This document shows positions 1 to 7,953 of a DNA stretch of 64,000 nt, piece by piece; the first letter of the stretch is position 1, and each line of letters begins with the position of its first letter. The position numbers and the translations under genes were made by a program. The notes beneath the pieces were generated by a model. The model had not been told where the DNA came from and searched no databases. It saw only the letters and a list, made by a program, of their open reading frames with translations. Source of the DNA: Erythrobacter sp. (GTDB lineage Bacteria; Pseudomonadota; Alphaproteobacteria; Sphingomonadales; Sphingomonadaceae); contig NZ_JAVJPT010000005.1 of NCBI RefSeq assembly GCF_040217515.1, forward strand, positions 30,576-94,575. The letters run 5' to 3'.

Positions 1-41
1 ATCGCGATGACGAAGCCGGGGCCTCCCTGCAGCCAGTCCAT
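1..41 (-). CDS. 5' end of an unidentified gene (partial, continues past window start)
   Basis: The ATG at 41..39 shares one base with the TGA stop (43..41) of the upstream PspB-like gene (TGATG junction). Only about 13 codons (MDWLQGGPGFVIA) are visible. Confidence 0.3.
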   Translation of the reverse strand, partial: MDWLQGGPGFVIA

Positions 42-367
42 CACGCTTTCTCCCGGCTGGTCACGTCGAGCGGCACGCCGCTGCCCTGTTCCTCGACGCC
101 CGCTTCTTCGATGCTACGCGTATCGCGCAGGGCCTCGATCTGGGTGGCGACATCGTAGCCGCGATCGGTGACGATGCGTTCGAGCACCTGGACCCGGTCT
201 TCGAGCCGCTGGACCTGCGATGCATATTGCGCGGCCTTTTCGGCGGTCTGGGCGGCGGTGGCGTCGGCGCGCATGGCGGCGACCTTCTCGCGGTGCTTGA
301 GCGCGATCGCCGTGATCGGGATAAAGCAGCCGAATATGATCGCGACGATTGGTATCAGTTCACCCAT
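41..367 (-). CDS. PspB-like single-pass membrane protein (second PspB paralog)
   Basis: N-terminal TM helix (LIPIVAIIFGCFIPITAIAL) followed by a coiled coil. RLEDRVQVLERIVTDR resembles the E. coli PspB C-terminus (RMRERIQALESILDAE). The ATG at 367 has a GAGGGGG Shine-Dalgarno about 10 nt upstream; the ORF track's TTG at 400 is an alternative start. Confidence 0.55.
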   Translation of the reverse strand: MGELIPIVAIIFGCFIPITAIALKHREKVAAMRADATAAQTAEKAAQYASQVQRLEDRVQVLERIVTDRGYDVATQIEALRDTRSIEEAGVEEQGSGVPLDVTSREKA

Positions 368-400
368 GATGGAAAGTCCCCCTCTGTCGTTTCGTGCCAA

Positions 401-775
401 TCAGCGCAGGCGCTCGATCTCGGCGTTGAGGCGCGGATTGCTCTCTACGTAATGCGCCTCGACACTGGCGAGCCGGCGGTCGATGTCGCGGAACTGCGCG
501 CGGATCTCGCGAGCCGTCCGATGCGGGCTCTGGCGCACGCGCTGCCAGTATTTCTGCTCGCCTTCGTCGCGGTAGAGATGCGGCGGCTTCTTGTTGAGGA
601 TGAAACCGGCGACGAAATAGGCGAGGATCGGCCAGCCCAGCGAGATCGACAGGACGATGAGGCCAAGGCGCCACCAGATCGTGTCGATGCCGGTATAGTC
701 GGCAAGGCCGGAGCACACGCCCATCAGCTTGGCATTGTGCTTGTCGCGGTAAAGCTTGGTGCGGGGGCTGTTCAT
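401..775 (-). CDS. pspC: Envelope stress response membrane protein PspC
   Basis: PspC domain (KLMGVCSGLADYTGIDTIWWRLGLIVLSI) plus a C-terminal leucine-zipper-like helix. ATGA start/stop overlap with pspB. Confidence 0.85.
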   Translation of the reverse strand: MNSPRTKLYRDKHNAKLMGVCSGLADYTGIDTIWWRLGLIVLSISLGWPILAYFVAGFILNKKPPHLYRDEGEQKYWQRVRQSPHRTAREIRAQFRDIDRRLASVEAHYVESNPRLNAEIERLR

Positions 776-1083
776 TGAGGGGCTCCTTTCTTCTCGGCCA
801 TCATCCGGTCGAGTTCGCGCAGTTGCTGGTTGTCGGTGTCCTGGTCGGCGCGCAGGCGCTTGACCGGGGTAAAGCTGGGATCGTCTGAGGCGACGAGGCG
901 CTCGACCGTGTCCATCCGTTCATCGAGGCGCTTCGCGAGGCCGTAGAGTTCTTCCAGCAGCACCTCGTCATCCGAGGTAATGGTGGCAGCCGTTTTCCAC
1001 TTGGTGACGTAATGCAGGATCACCCAGGGCAGCCCGACGAATAGCATGCCGACGATGACGATCGGGACGAGAATATCTTCCAT
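772..1083 (-). CDS. pspB: Envelope stress response membrane protein PspB
   Basis: N-terminal TM ending in the LHY motif (LPWVILHYVTKW), then a helical region (LAKRLDERMDTVERLV), as in PspB. Begins 3 nt after the pspA stop. Confidence 0.8.
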   Translation of the reverse strand: MEDILVPIVIVGMLFVGLPWVILHYVTKWKTAATITSDDEVLLEELYGLAKRLDERMDTVERLVASDDPSFTPVKRLRADQDTDNQQLRELDRMMAEKKGAPQ

Positions 1084-1086
1084 GGC

Positions 1087-1773
1087 TTACTGGTCCTTTC
1101 CGGAAGCGCCCTTGCCGAGCGCCTTCTTCATCTGTTCGAGTTCGTCATCGACCGCATCGTCGCCCGCCAGAGCGGCGATCTCGTCGGAGAGCGAGGGCTT
1201 GCCGTCCTCCGCGATATTTAGCGCATCGGCGCGGCCTTCGGCGTAATCGACCCTGCGTTCGAGCTGGTCGAACCGGGCGAGCGCCTCGTCGGTACGTTCG
1301 GTGCTCATCAGGGTGCGCAGCTTGACGCGGTTTTCCGCGCTTTCGAGGCGGGCGGCGATCGCGCTCTGGCGGCTGCGCGCCTCGCGCAGGCGATGCTGCA
1401 GCTTGGCGATGTCGTCCTCATAGGCGCGCAGGGCATCGTCGAGCACGGCGATCTCGGCCTTGAGCTGGTCGGCGGTGTCGGCCGCCTTCTTCTTCTCGAC
1501 CAGCGCAGCGCGGGCGAGGTCCTCGCGGTCTTTCGACAGGGCGAGCTGCGCCTTTTCGGCCCAGTCGGCCTGGAGCTTGTCGAGCTTGACGACGTGGCGG
1601 TGCATTTCCTTCTGGTCGGCGATGGTGCGCGCTGCCGAAGCACGGACCTCGACCAGCGTCTCCTCCATTTCGAGGATGATCATGCGGATCATCTTCGCCG
1701 GGTCGTCGGCATTGTCGAGCAGGTCGTTGAAATTGGCGGCGATGATATCGCGGGTTCGGCTGAAAATGCCCAT
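1087..1773 (-). CDS. pspA: Phage shock protein A (PspA/IM30 family)
   Basis: 228 aa starting MGIFSRTRDIIAANFNDLLDNADDP, the canonical PspA N-terminal amphipathic helix, with coiled coil throughout. A GGAG Shine-Dalgarno lies 8 nt upstream of the ATG at 1773. The frame stays open upstream to an ATG at 2091 (see findings). Confidence 0.9.
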   Translation of the reverse strand: MGIFSRTRDIIAANFNDLLDNADDPAKMIRMIILEMEETLVEVRASAARTIADQKEMHRHVVKLDKLQADWAEKAQLALSKDREDLARAALVEKKKAADTADQLKAEIAVLDDALRAYEDDIAKLQHRLREARSRQSAIAARLESAENRVKLRTLMSTERTDEALARFDQLERRVDYAEGRADALNIAEDGKPSLSDEIAALAGDDAVDDELEQMKKALGKGASGKDQ

Positions 1774-2102
1774 GAAGGCTACTCCATCTAGGAATGAATT
1801 GCTGCTGCGCCGCGCGCTTGAAGTCTTGTCCTCGTGCTCGGGCCGCTGCCCGCGCTGGTTCTGCGTCGGGGTTGGGCTGGTGCGCAAGGCCTCGATTTCG
1901 GCGTCGAGCCTCGAGCGCCTGCCGCCAGACGAGTTGGGTTTCCGGACCGGGGCGAGGCCGTCGTCGCTCTCGTCGCCGGTATGCGACGGGCCAGCCGGGG
2001 TTGGGGAGGTCCCGGCGGCGGGATCGGCGGCGCGGTTGGCGGGGGCGTTGCGCTCCGGTCCGGAAGGGGTTTTGTCGTTGCGGTCGGTCATGGCGTTCAC
2101 GA

Positions 2103-2294
2103 TCAGGCGATCTCGACGATCACACGATCGGCATGCGGCGCGCCGATGGCGGCGGCGTTTGCCTCGCCCACCTGCGAGGTCAGCACGACCATCGCGGTCA
2201 TCGCGAAAGTGCTGGCGAGCGCGGCCTGGCCGAGCTTGCTGCGGAGAAAGTCGTTTGCGAGCAGCGCTTTCGGGTTTGTCAGGCTCTTGAACAT
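2103..2294 (-). CDS. Small (63 aa) hydrophobic protein, first ORF downstream of the psp sigma-54 promoter
   Basis: Strong GGGAGGA Shine-Dalgarno 8 nt upstream of the ATG at 2294. One hydrophobic segment (AALASTFAMTAMVVLTSQVG). No family recognised. Confidence 0.5.
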   Translation of the reverse strand: MFKSLTNPKALLANDFLRSKLGQAALASTFAMTAMVVLTSQVGEANAAAIGAPHADRVIVEIA

Positions 2295-2366
2295 GGTGTC
2301 GGTCCTCCCGGCTGGCGTGTCCGCACGGCCCCTTGCCGTCGGTTTCGCCGTATATGCCGGAATAGA

Positions 2367-2382
2367 TGCAACGCCCGTGCCA
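2367..2382 (-). promoter_or_regulatory. Sigma-54 (-24/-12) promoter of the psp operon
   Basis: The minus strand reads TGGCAC-GGGCG-TTGCA, an exact match to TGGCAC-N5-TTGCW. It lies about 70 nt upstream of the first minus-strand ORF and is divergent from pspF. Confidence 0.8.
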
Positions 2383-2482
2383 AGCTGCTAAAATGCCCGA
2401 AAATCGGGGATGTCCGGGGCCTTTGCAGCGGTCTTGTTGGTTTATGTTGCCAAGCATTGGGGTTTTTCACTATATTTCGGCC

Positions 2483-3538
2483 ATGGAGCGCGAAAACCAG
2501 TTCATCGGCCAGTCCGGCGCCTTTCTCGATGCGGTCGAACGCGCCAGCCGCGCCGCCGCCTTGAGCCGGCCCGTCCTCGTCATCGGCGAGCGCGGGACCG
2601 GCAAGGAGCTCATCGCCGAGCGGCTCCACCGCCTTTCGACCCGCTGGGACGAGCCGCTGGTGACGATGAATTGCGCCGCGCTCCCCGAAACCCTGATCGA
2701 GGCCGAGTTGTTCGGCCACGAGGCGGGCGCTTTCACCGGTGCTACCAAGGCGCGCGCGGGAAGGTTCGAGGAAGCCGACAAGGGCACGCTATTCCTCGAC
2801 GAACTGGGCACGCTGTCGATGGGCGCGCAGGAACGGCTGCTGAGGGCAGTCGAATATGGCGAGGTCACGCGAATCGGAGCTTCGCGTCCGGTGAGGGTCG
2901 ATGTGCGGATCGTTGCGGCGACCAATGACGACCTGCCCGCGCTCGCCGACAGCGGCGAATTCCGCGCCGACCTCCTCGACCGGCTCTCCTTCGAGGTCAT
3001 CACCCTGCCGCCACTGCGCGTGCGCGAGGGCGACATCGGCGTGCTCGCGGAATATTTCGGGCGGCGCATGGCGGCCGAGCTCGAATGGCTCGGCTGGCCC
3101 GGCTTCGCGCCGCACGTGATGGACCAGCTCGAGGATTACGCCTGGCCTGGGAATGTGCGCGAGCTGCGCAACGTGGTCGAGCGGGCGGTTTATCGCTGGG
3201 ACGATCCATCCACGCCGATTGCCCATGTCCAGTTCGACCCGTTCGACAGCCCGTGGAAGCCGCGCGCGCCTTCGCATCGGCGCAGCGGCGAGTGGGCGCC
3301 CGATTTCGCCGCAAGCACCCCGAAAGCCCCGGATTTCGGTGCTTCCGCGCCTTGCTTCGACGAGATTGAGGACCTGCGCGCCGCAGTCGATGCGCATGAG
3401 CGCGCGATCGTCGAGCACGCGCTGGGCAAGCATCGCTGGAATCAGCGCCAGACCGCCCGCGCGCTCGGCCTGACCTATGATCAGCTGCGCCACTGCATCA
3501 AGAAACACGGCCTGCTGGAGGAACAGCCCGCAGACTGA
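2483..3538 (+). CDS. pspF: Sigma-54-dependent transcriptional activator PspF (no receiver domain)
   Basis: AAA+ domain starts at the N-terminus (Walker A GERGTGKE, GAFTGA motif in HEAGAFTGA). C-terminal HTH (QRQTARALGLTYDQLRHCIKKHGL). Divergent from the psp promoter. Confidence 0.9.
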   Translation: MERENQFIGQSGAFLDAVERASRAAALSRPVLVIGERGTGKELIAERLHRLSTRWDEPLVTMNCAALPETLIEAELFGHEAGAFTGATKARAGRFEEADKGTLFLDELGTLSMGAQERLLRAVEYGEVTRIGASRPVRVDVRIVAATNDDLPALADSGEFRADLLDRLSFEVITLPPLRVREGDIGVLAEYFGRRMAAELEWLGWPGFAPHVMDQLEDYAWPGNVRELRNVVERAVYRWDDPSTPIAHVQFDPFDSPWKPRAPSHRRSGEWAPDFAASTPKAPDFGASAPCFDEIEDLRAAVDAHERAIVEHALGKHRWNQRQTARALGLTYDQLRHCIKKHGLLEEQPAD

Positions 3539-3608
3539 GCGGGCTTCAACGATCTGGCAAGGAATTCCGGCTATTCCGGGCGGGTCCGTGCACAGACCGG
3601 GGGCCTCG

Positions 3609-3944
3609 ATGCGCTTGCTGACCGAAATGATCGACCAGCTATCAACCACGATGCGCGTGATCGCGGGCCTAGCCACGTTGTGCGTGATGGGCTTCGGGGC
3701 GATGGTGACTTTCGGCGTCGGCGTGGCCGCGCCGCAGATGGCAGAAACATTCGCCGACCGCGCTCAGAAGGTGCGCGAGAAGACGATCGAGGCGCGGGTC
3801 GAGGCCGAGCGGGCGCGCGCGCTCGCCAAGGAGGGCTGGGGCTACGATGCCGGGTCAGGGCCCTCTTTCGCCCCTGCTACGGGCCCGACGGATCGTCCGC
3901 GCCGGGGCGGGGAAGAGATCGGCGGCTGGGGCGAAGAAGGCTGA
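3609..3944 (+). CDS. Hypothetical membrane protein
   Basis: High third-position GC in this frame. One TM (VIAGLATLCVMGFGAMVTFGVGV) followed by a charged helix. Start uncertain (ATGs at 3609, 3627, 3651). Confidence 0.45.
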   Translation: MRLLTEMIDQLSTTMRVIAGLATLCVMGFGAMVTFGVGVAAPQMAETFADRAQKVREKTIEARVEAERARALAKEGWGYDAGSGPSFAPATGPTDRPRRGGEEIGGWGEEG

Positions 3945-4169
3945 CCGGATGCTGACCGGATAAGGCCGACTTTGGGTCTTGGCCGCAGCTTAGATGTATC
4001 CCGGGACGGCTTCGTGCCGGGCGGGGCGCAATCCAGCGGCCGAATCCGATAGCCGGGTGTGACCGTTCACCTTTTGCGCGCCCGTCTGCGGGAATGTAAC
4101 GCTTTTCAATTGGCCGGACGGGGCTTTGGCCTATCAAGCGCATCGCCCCCGAGACAAGAGGGATGAGCT

Positions 4170-4778
4170 ATGGCGGACCGGGATGACACGGACCCGCGCG
4201 GCAAAGCGTTTGATGACCCTCGCGCGGACGGGGGAGCGCCGCGCACGCGTTTCGACGCGGCGTGGGAGCGCGGCTTCGAAGACGATGCGGACGTGCCCCG
4301 CAATCCCGGCACGCCGGCCGATCACGGGGGAGCCCCGGATTTCGGCGCGGCAGGCGATCCGGGCGCGCGCCCACGGCCCGGGTCCGGCGGCGCCGCGCTA
4401 CCGCCCATCCCCAACACCGGTCGCCGCGCGGCTCCGCGTCTTCGTGTCAGCCTGCCTGCGCGGCTTATCACGATCGAAGGTAACCAGCCCTGTGTCCTGA
4501 TGAACCTCTCGCGCAGCGGCGCGCAGGTGGCGGTGCTGGAATCCGTCCGGGTCGGCGAGGGCGCGGTGCTTCGCTGCGGCTCGCTCGAAGCTTTCGGCGA
4601 CGTGATCCGCTCGGATTTCGGCCTCAACGCGATCCGCTTCGAGCATGAACTGACCGATGAACAGGTGCTCGACATTCGCCATTACCACGAGACCTTCGAG
4701 GATCGCGAGCGGCGCTCGCTGATCGACACCGCGCGCAAATGGGTGACCGGGGACAACAGCGACGAGCGCCCGATGTAG
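4170..4778 (+). CDS. PilZ domain-containing protein
   Basis: RRAAPR...NLSRSG matches the PilZ c-di-GMP motifs RxxxR and D/NxSxxG. About 90 aa of disordered N-terminus. GAGGGA Shine-Dalgarno. Confidence 0.7.
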   Translation: MADRDDTDPRGKAFDDPRADGGAPRTRFDAAWERGFEDDADVPRNPGTPADHGGAPDFGAAGDPGARPRPGSGGAALPPIPNTGRRAAPRLRVSLPARLITIEGNQPCVLMNLSRSGAQVAVLESVRVGEGAVLRCGSLEAFGDVIRSDFGLNAIRFEHELTDEQVLDIRHYHETFEDRERRSLIDTARKWVTGDNSDERPM

Positions 4779-4944
4779 CCGCGCGGCGCAGGCCTTTCCT
4801 CTTGCCAAACCGATTGGCCGCGACTATTTGCGGAATATCCCGACATCGTCGAGACTCTCACAAGGCTGGCGCCTCCGGGGGCCGGCTCCGAACCCGTTCC
4901 GTCATCACCATGATGCACAAGCCAAGCCTAGCGAAGGAACCCGA

Positions 4945-5514
4945 TTGGCCGACATCGCCCGCCTGACCGCGATCATCGAGCCCGAGGCGCAAGCGCTCGG
5001 CTTCGATCTCGTGCGCATCAAGATGTTGCCGTCGGAAGCCGGTGACGGCGGGCAGGCGCTGCAGGTCATGGCCGAGGATCCGGCGACAGGCCAGCTCGTG
5101 ATCGACCAGTGCGCGGAGCTTTCCCGGCGCATTTCGGATGCGATCGACGCAGCCGAGGAGGCGGGCGAGGTCCTGGTCGAGGGCACCTATCACCTCGAAG
5201 TGTCGAGCCCCGGCATCGACCGCCCCCTGACGCGCGCGAAGGATTTTTCCGACTGGGCCGGCCACGAGGCGAAGATATCCATGGCCAAGGGCTATGACGG
5301 CCAGCGCACCTACAGGGGCGAACTCCTCGGCATCGACGGGGATCATGTCCTCATCGCCGACGCTAAAGCGGGCGAGGCCCGGCTGCCGCGCGAACAGATT
5401 CATTCCGCCAGCCTCGTCCTGACCGACGCGCTGATCGCGGCGACGCGCCCGCTCGATGCGAGCGGGGCGGACGAACTCATCGAAGAAACTGTAGAAGAGA
5501 AGGCAGACGACTGA
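4945..5514 (+). CDS. rimP: Ribosome maturation factor RimP
   Basis: Contains the EVSSPGIDRPL motif and lies directly upstream of nusA. A TTG start at 4945 with a GAAGGAA Shine-Dalgarno is preferred over the ORF-track ATG at 4828. Confidence 0.85.
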   Translation: MADIARLTAIIEPEAQALGFDLVRIKMLPSEAGDGGQALQVMAEDPATGQLVIDQCAELSRRISDAIDAAEEAGEVLVEGTYHLEVSSPGIDRPLTRAKDFSDWAGHEAKISMAKGYDGQRTYRGELLGIDGDHVLIADAKAGEARLPREQIHSASLVLTDALIAATRPLDASGADELIEETVEEKADD

Positions 5515-7172
5515 TGGCCAGTGCCATTTCCGCGAACAAGGCTGAACTGCTCGCGATCGCGAACTCCGTTGCGTCCGAGAAAATGATCGAAAAGTCGATC
5601 GTCATAGAGGCGATGGAAGAGGCGATCCAGAAGAGTGCGCGCAACCGCTATGGCGCGGAAAACGACATCCGGGCCAAGCTCGACCCCCAGACCGGCGACC
5701 TCACCTTGTGGCGCGTCGTCGAGGTGGTCGAAGAGGTCGAGGACTATTTCAAGCAGGTCGATCTCGCCCAGGCTCAAAAGCTCAAGGAAGATGCCCAGAT
5801 CGGCGATTTCATCGTCGACCCGCTGCCGCCGGTCGATCTCGGCCGGATCGACGCACAATCGGCCAAGCAGGTGATCTTCCAGAAGGTCCGCGATGCCGAG
5901 CGCGAGCGCCAGTACGAGGAATTCAAGGATCGCGCAGGCGAGATCATCACCGGCGTCATCAAGTCGGTCGAATTCGGCCACGTGATCGTCAATCTCGGCC
6001 GGGCAGAGGGCGTCATCCGCCGCGACCAGCAGATCCCGCGCGAAGCCGCCCGCGTCGGCGAGCGTGTGCGTGCGCTCATCACCAAGGTGGAACGCAACAA
6101 TCGCGGCCCGCAGATCTTCCTCAGCCGCGCCGCGCCCGATTTCATGCGCAAGCTCTTCGCGCAGGAAGTGCCCGAGATCTACGACGGCATCATCGACATC
6201 AAGGCCGCCGCGCGCGATCCGGGCAGCCGCGCCAAGATCGGCGTGATCAGCTACGATTCCTCGATTGACCCCGTCGGCGCCTGCGTCGGCATGAAGGGTA
6301 GCCGCGTGCAGGCTGTCGTGCAGGAATTGCAGGGCGAGAAGATCGACATCATTCCCTGGTCCGAAGACACCGCGACTTTCGTAGTCAACGCGCTGCAGCC
6401 GGCAACGGTGGCGCGCGTCGTGCTCGATGAGGACGAGGGCCGGATCGAAGTCGTCGTGCCCGATGACCAGCTTTCGCTCGCCATCGGCCGCCGCGGCCAG
6501 AACGTGCGGCTCGCCAGCCAGCTCACCGGTCACCAGATCGACATCATGACCGAGGAGGAGGCCTCCGAGAAGCGGAGCAAGGAATTCGCCGAACGCTCCA
6601 AGATGTTCGAGGAGGAGCTCGACGTCGACGAGACGCTTTCGCAGCTGCTTGTCGCCGAAGGCTTCGCGGAACTCGAAGAGGTTGCCTATGTCGAGCTTAC
6701 CGAGCTCGCCGCGATCGAGGGTTTCGACGACGAACTCGCCGAGGAACTGCAGAGCCGCGCTCTCGAAGCGATCGAGAGGCAGGAAGAAGGCCATCGCGCC
6801 GCCCGCCGTGAACTCGGCGTCGAGGACGACCTCGCCGAAATCCCGCACCTGACCGAGGCCATGCTGGTCACGCTGGGCAAGGCGGGGATCAAGACGCTGG
6901 ACGATCTCGCCGATCTTGCGACCGACGAACTGATCGCCAAGAAGCGCGAGGCCCCGCGCCGCCGCAACAACAACGCAGATGGTCCGCCGATGCGCCGCCC
7001 GCAGCGCGAGCAGGACAAGGGCGGTGTTCTCGGCGAATACGGTCTTTCCGAAGAGCAGGGCAACGAGATCATCATGGCTGCCCGTGCGCACTGGTTCGAG
7101 GACGAGGAGCTGACCGGCTCCGCGGACGAGCCTGACACCCAGGAGGCCGCCCATGCGGACTCCGACCAATGA
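5514..7172 (+). CDS. nusA: Transcription termination/antitermination factor NusA
   Basis: 552 aa with S1/KH regions and a C-terminal acidic repeat region. TGATG junction with rimP. Confidence 0.97.
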   Translation: MASAISANKAELLAIANSVASEKMIEKSIVIEAMEEAIQKSARNRYGAENDIRAKLDPQTGDLTLWRVVEVVEEVEDYFKQVDLAQAQKLKEDAQIGDFIVDPLPPVDLGRIDAQSAKQVIFQKVRDAERERQYEEFKDRAGEIITGVIKSVEFGHVIVNLGRAEGVIRRDQQIPREAARVGERVRALITKVERNNRGPQIFLSRAAPDFMRKLFAQEVPEIYDGIIDIKAAARDPGSRAKIGVISYDSSIDPVGACVGMKGSRVQAVVQELQGEKIDIIPWSEDTATFVVNALQPATVARVVLDEDEGRIEVVVPDDQLSLAIGRRGQNVRLASQLTGHQIDIMTEEEASEKRSKEFAERSKMFEEELDVDETLSQLLVAEGFAELEEVAYVELTELAAIEGFDDELAEELQSRALEAIERQEEGHRAARRELGVEDDLAEIPHLTEAMLVTLGKAGIKTLDDLADLATDELIAKKREAPRRRNNNADGPPMRRPQREQDKGGVLGEYGLSEEQGNEIIMAARAHWFEDEELTGSADEPDTQEAAHADSDQ

Positions 7173-7944
7173 GCGCCTGACGCACGACATCGACGAAGGG
7201 CCCGTCTCCCGCTCCAGCGGGAGCGAGCGGCGCTGCATCCTCTCGGGAAGGAGATTTCCGAGAGAGGATCTCGTGCGGCTGGCGATCTCCCCGCCCGATG
7301 CCGACGGGGTGAGCCGCGTGCTGCCCGATCCTGCGGCCAAGGCCCCGGGGCGCGGGGCATGGATCGCGCCCGACCGGCAAGCGCTTGAAAGCGCGCTCGG
7401 CGAGGGCCACCTCAAGCGGGCATTGTTGCGGGCGTTCCGGGGGGCGAGGCTCGCCATTCCGGACGATCTGCCCGCACTGGTCGAGGCGGCCCTGGCGCGC
7501 AGCCTGTGTGAGAGGCTGGGCCTCGAATTGCGCGCCGGACACATCGCGCTGGGCTCGTCGCGGATCGAGGAACAGGCGCGCAGCGGGCGGATCGCGCTGC
7601 TGCTCCATGCCCGCGACAGCAGCGAGGACGGGCGCAAAAGGCTGGACCAGGCGTGGCGCGTGGGGCGGCTTGAGGAAGGCTCGGGCCTGCGCGGTAAGGT
7701 GTTGCCACTGGACCGCGCGGCTCTCTCTGTGGCATTGGGCCGCGACAATGTCGTCCATCTGGGGGTTTCCTACCCCCGCAGACAGGAGGCAGGCGGTTCG
7801 TCGCCGGCCTCGCGGGTCGCCCAAGCGGCCTCCCGCCTCTCGAACTACAGGGCGGGCGCATCGGAAGTATCCGGTGCGCGTGGATCATCCGCCGATACAG
7901 CTGGCGCACCCCGCGTCGGCACCGACGAATACGTGAAGGAATGA
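7153..7944 (+). CDS. YlxR/DUF448-family RNA-binding protein with L7Ae-like C-terminal region
   Basis: ERRCILSGRR motif typical of YlxR. Conserved position between nusA and infB. Overlaps the nusA end by 20 nt. Confidence 0.75.
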   Translation: MRTPTNERLTHDIDEGPVSRSSGSERRCILSGRRFPREDLVRLAISPPDADGVSRVLPDPAAKAPGRGAWIAPDRQALESALGEGHLKRALLRAFRGARLAIPDDLPALVEAALARSLCERLGLELRAGHIALGSSRIEEQARSGRIALLLHARDSSEDGRKRLDQAWRVGRLEEGSGLRGKVLPLDRAALSVALGRDNVVHLGVSYPRRQEAGGSSPASRVAQAASRLSNYRAGASEVSGARGSSADTAGAPRVGTDEYVKE

Positions 7945-7953
7945 CGAGCCAGA

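Noticed and set aside
1794-2564. 256-aa plus-strand ORF spanning the psp promoter region.
   Set aside because: The translation is Arg/Cys-rich nonsense. The ORF crosses the sigma-54 promoter and the pspF start, and the opposite strand carries the coding-like signal.
3940-3961. Perfect 11-bp tandem duplication gctgaccggat x2 spanning the stop codon of the 3609..3944 ORF.
   Set aside because: It is too short to assign a function and is most simply a replication-slippage duplication.
5400-7748. Very long antisense or out-of-frame ORFs. Examples: 5400..7748 (-) opposite nusA, 8506..10197 (-) opposite infB, 17233..19203 (-) opposite pnp, 21589..22866 (+) opposite gcrA, 33453..35291 (+), 61545..63509 (+).
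   Set aside because: These are typical high-GC shadow ORFs. They give Arg/Ala/Gly/Pro-rich low-complexity translations with no recognisable domains. Each lies opposite a clearly conserved gene whose frame carries the high third-position GC.
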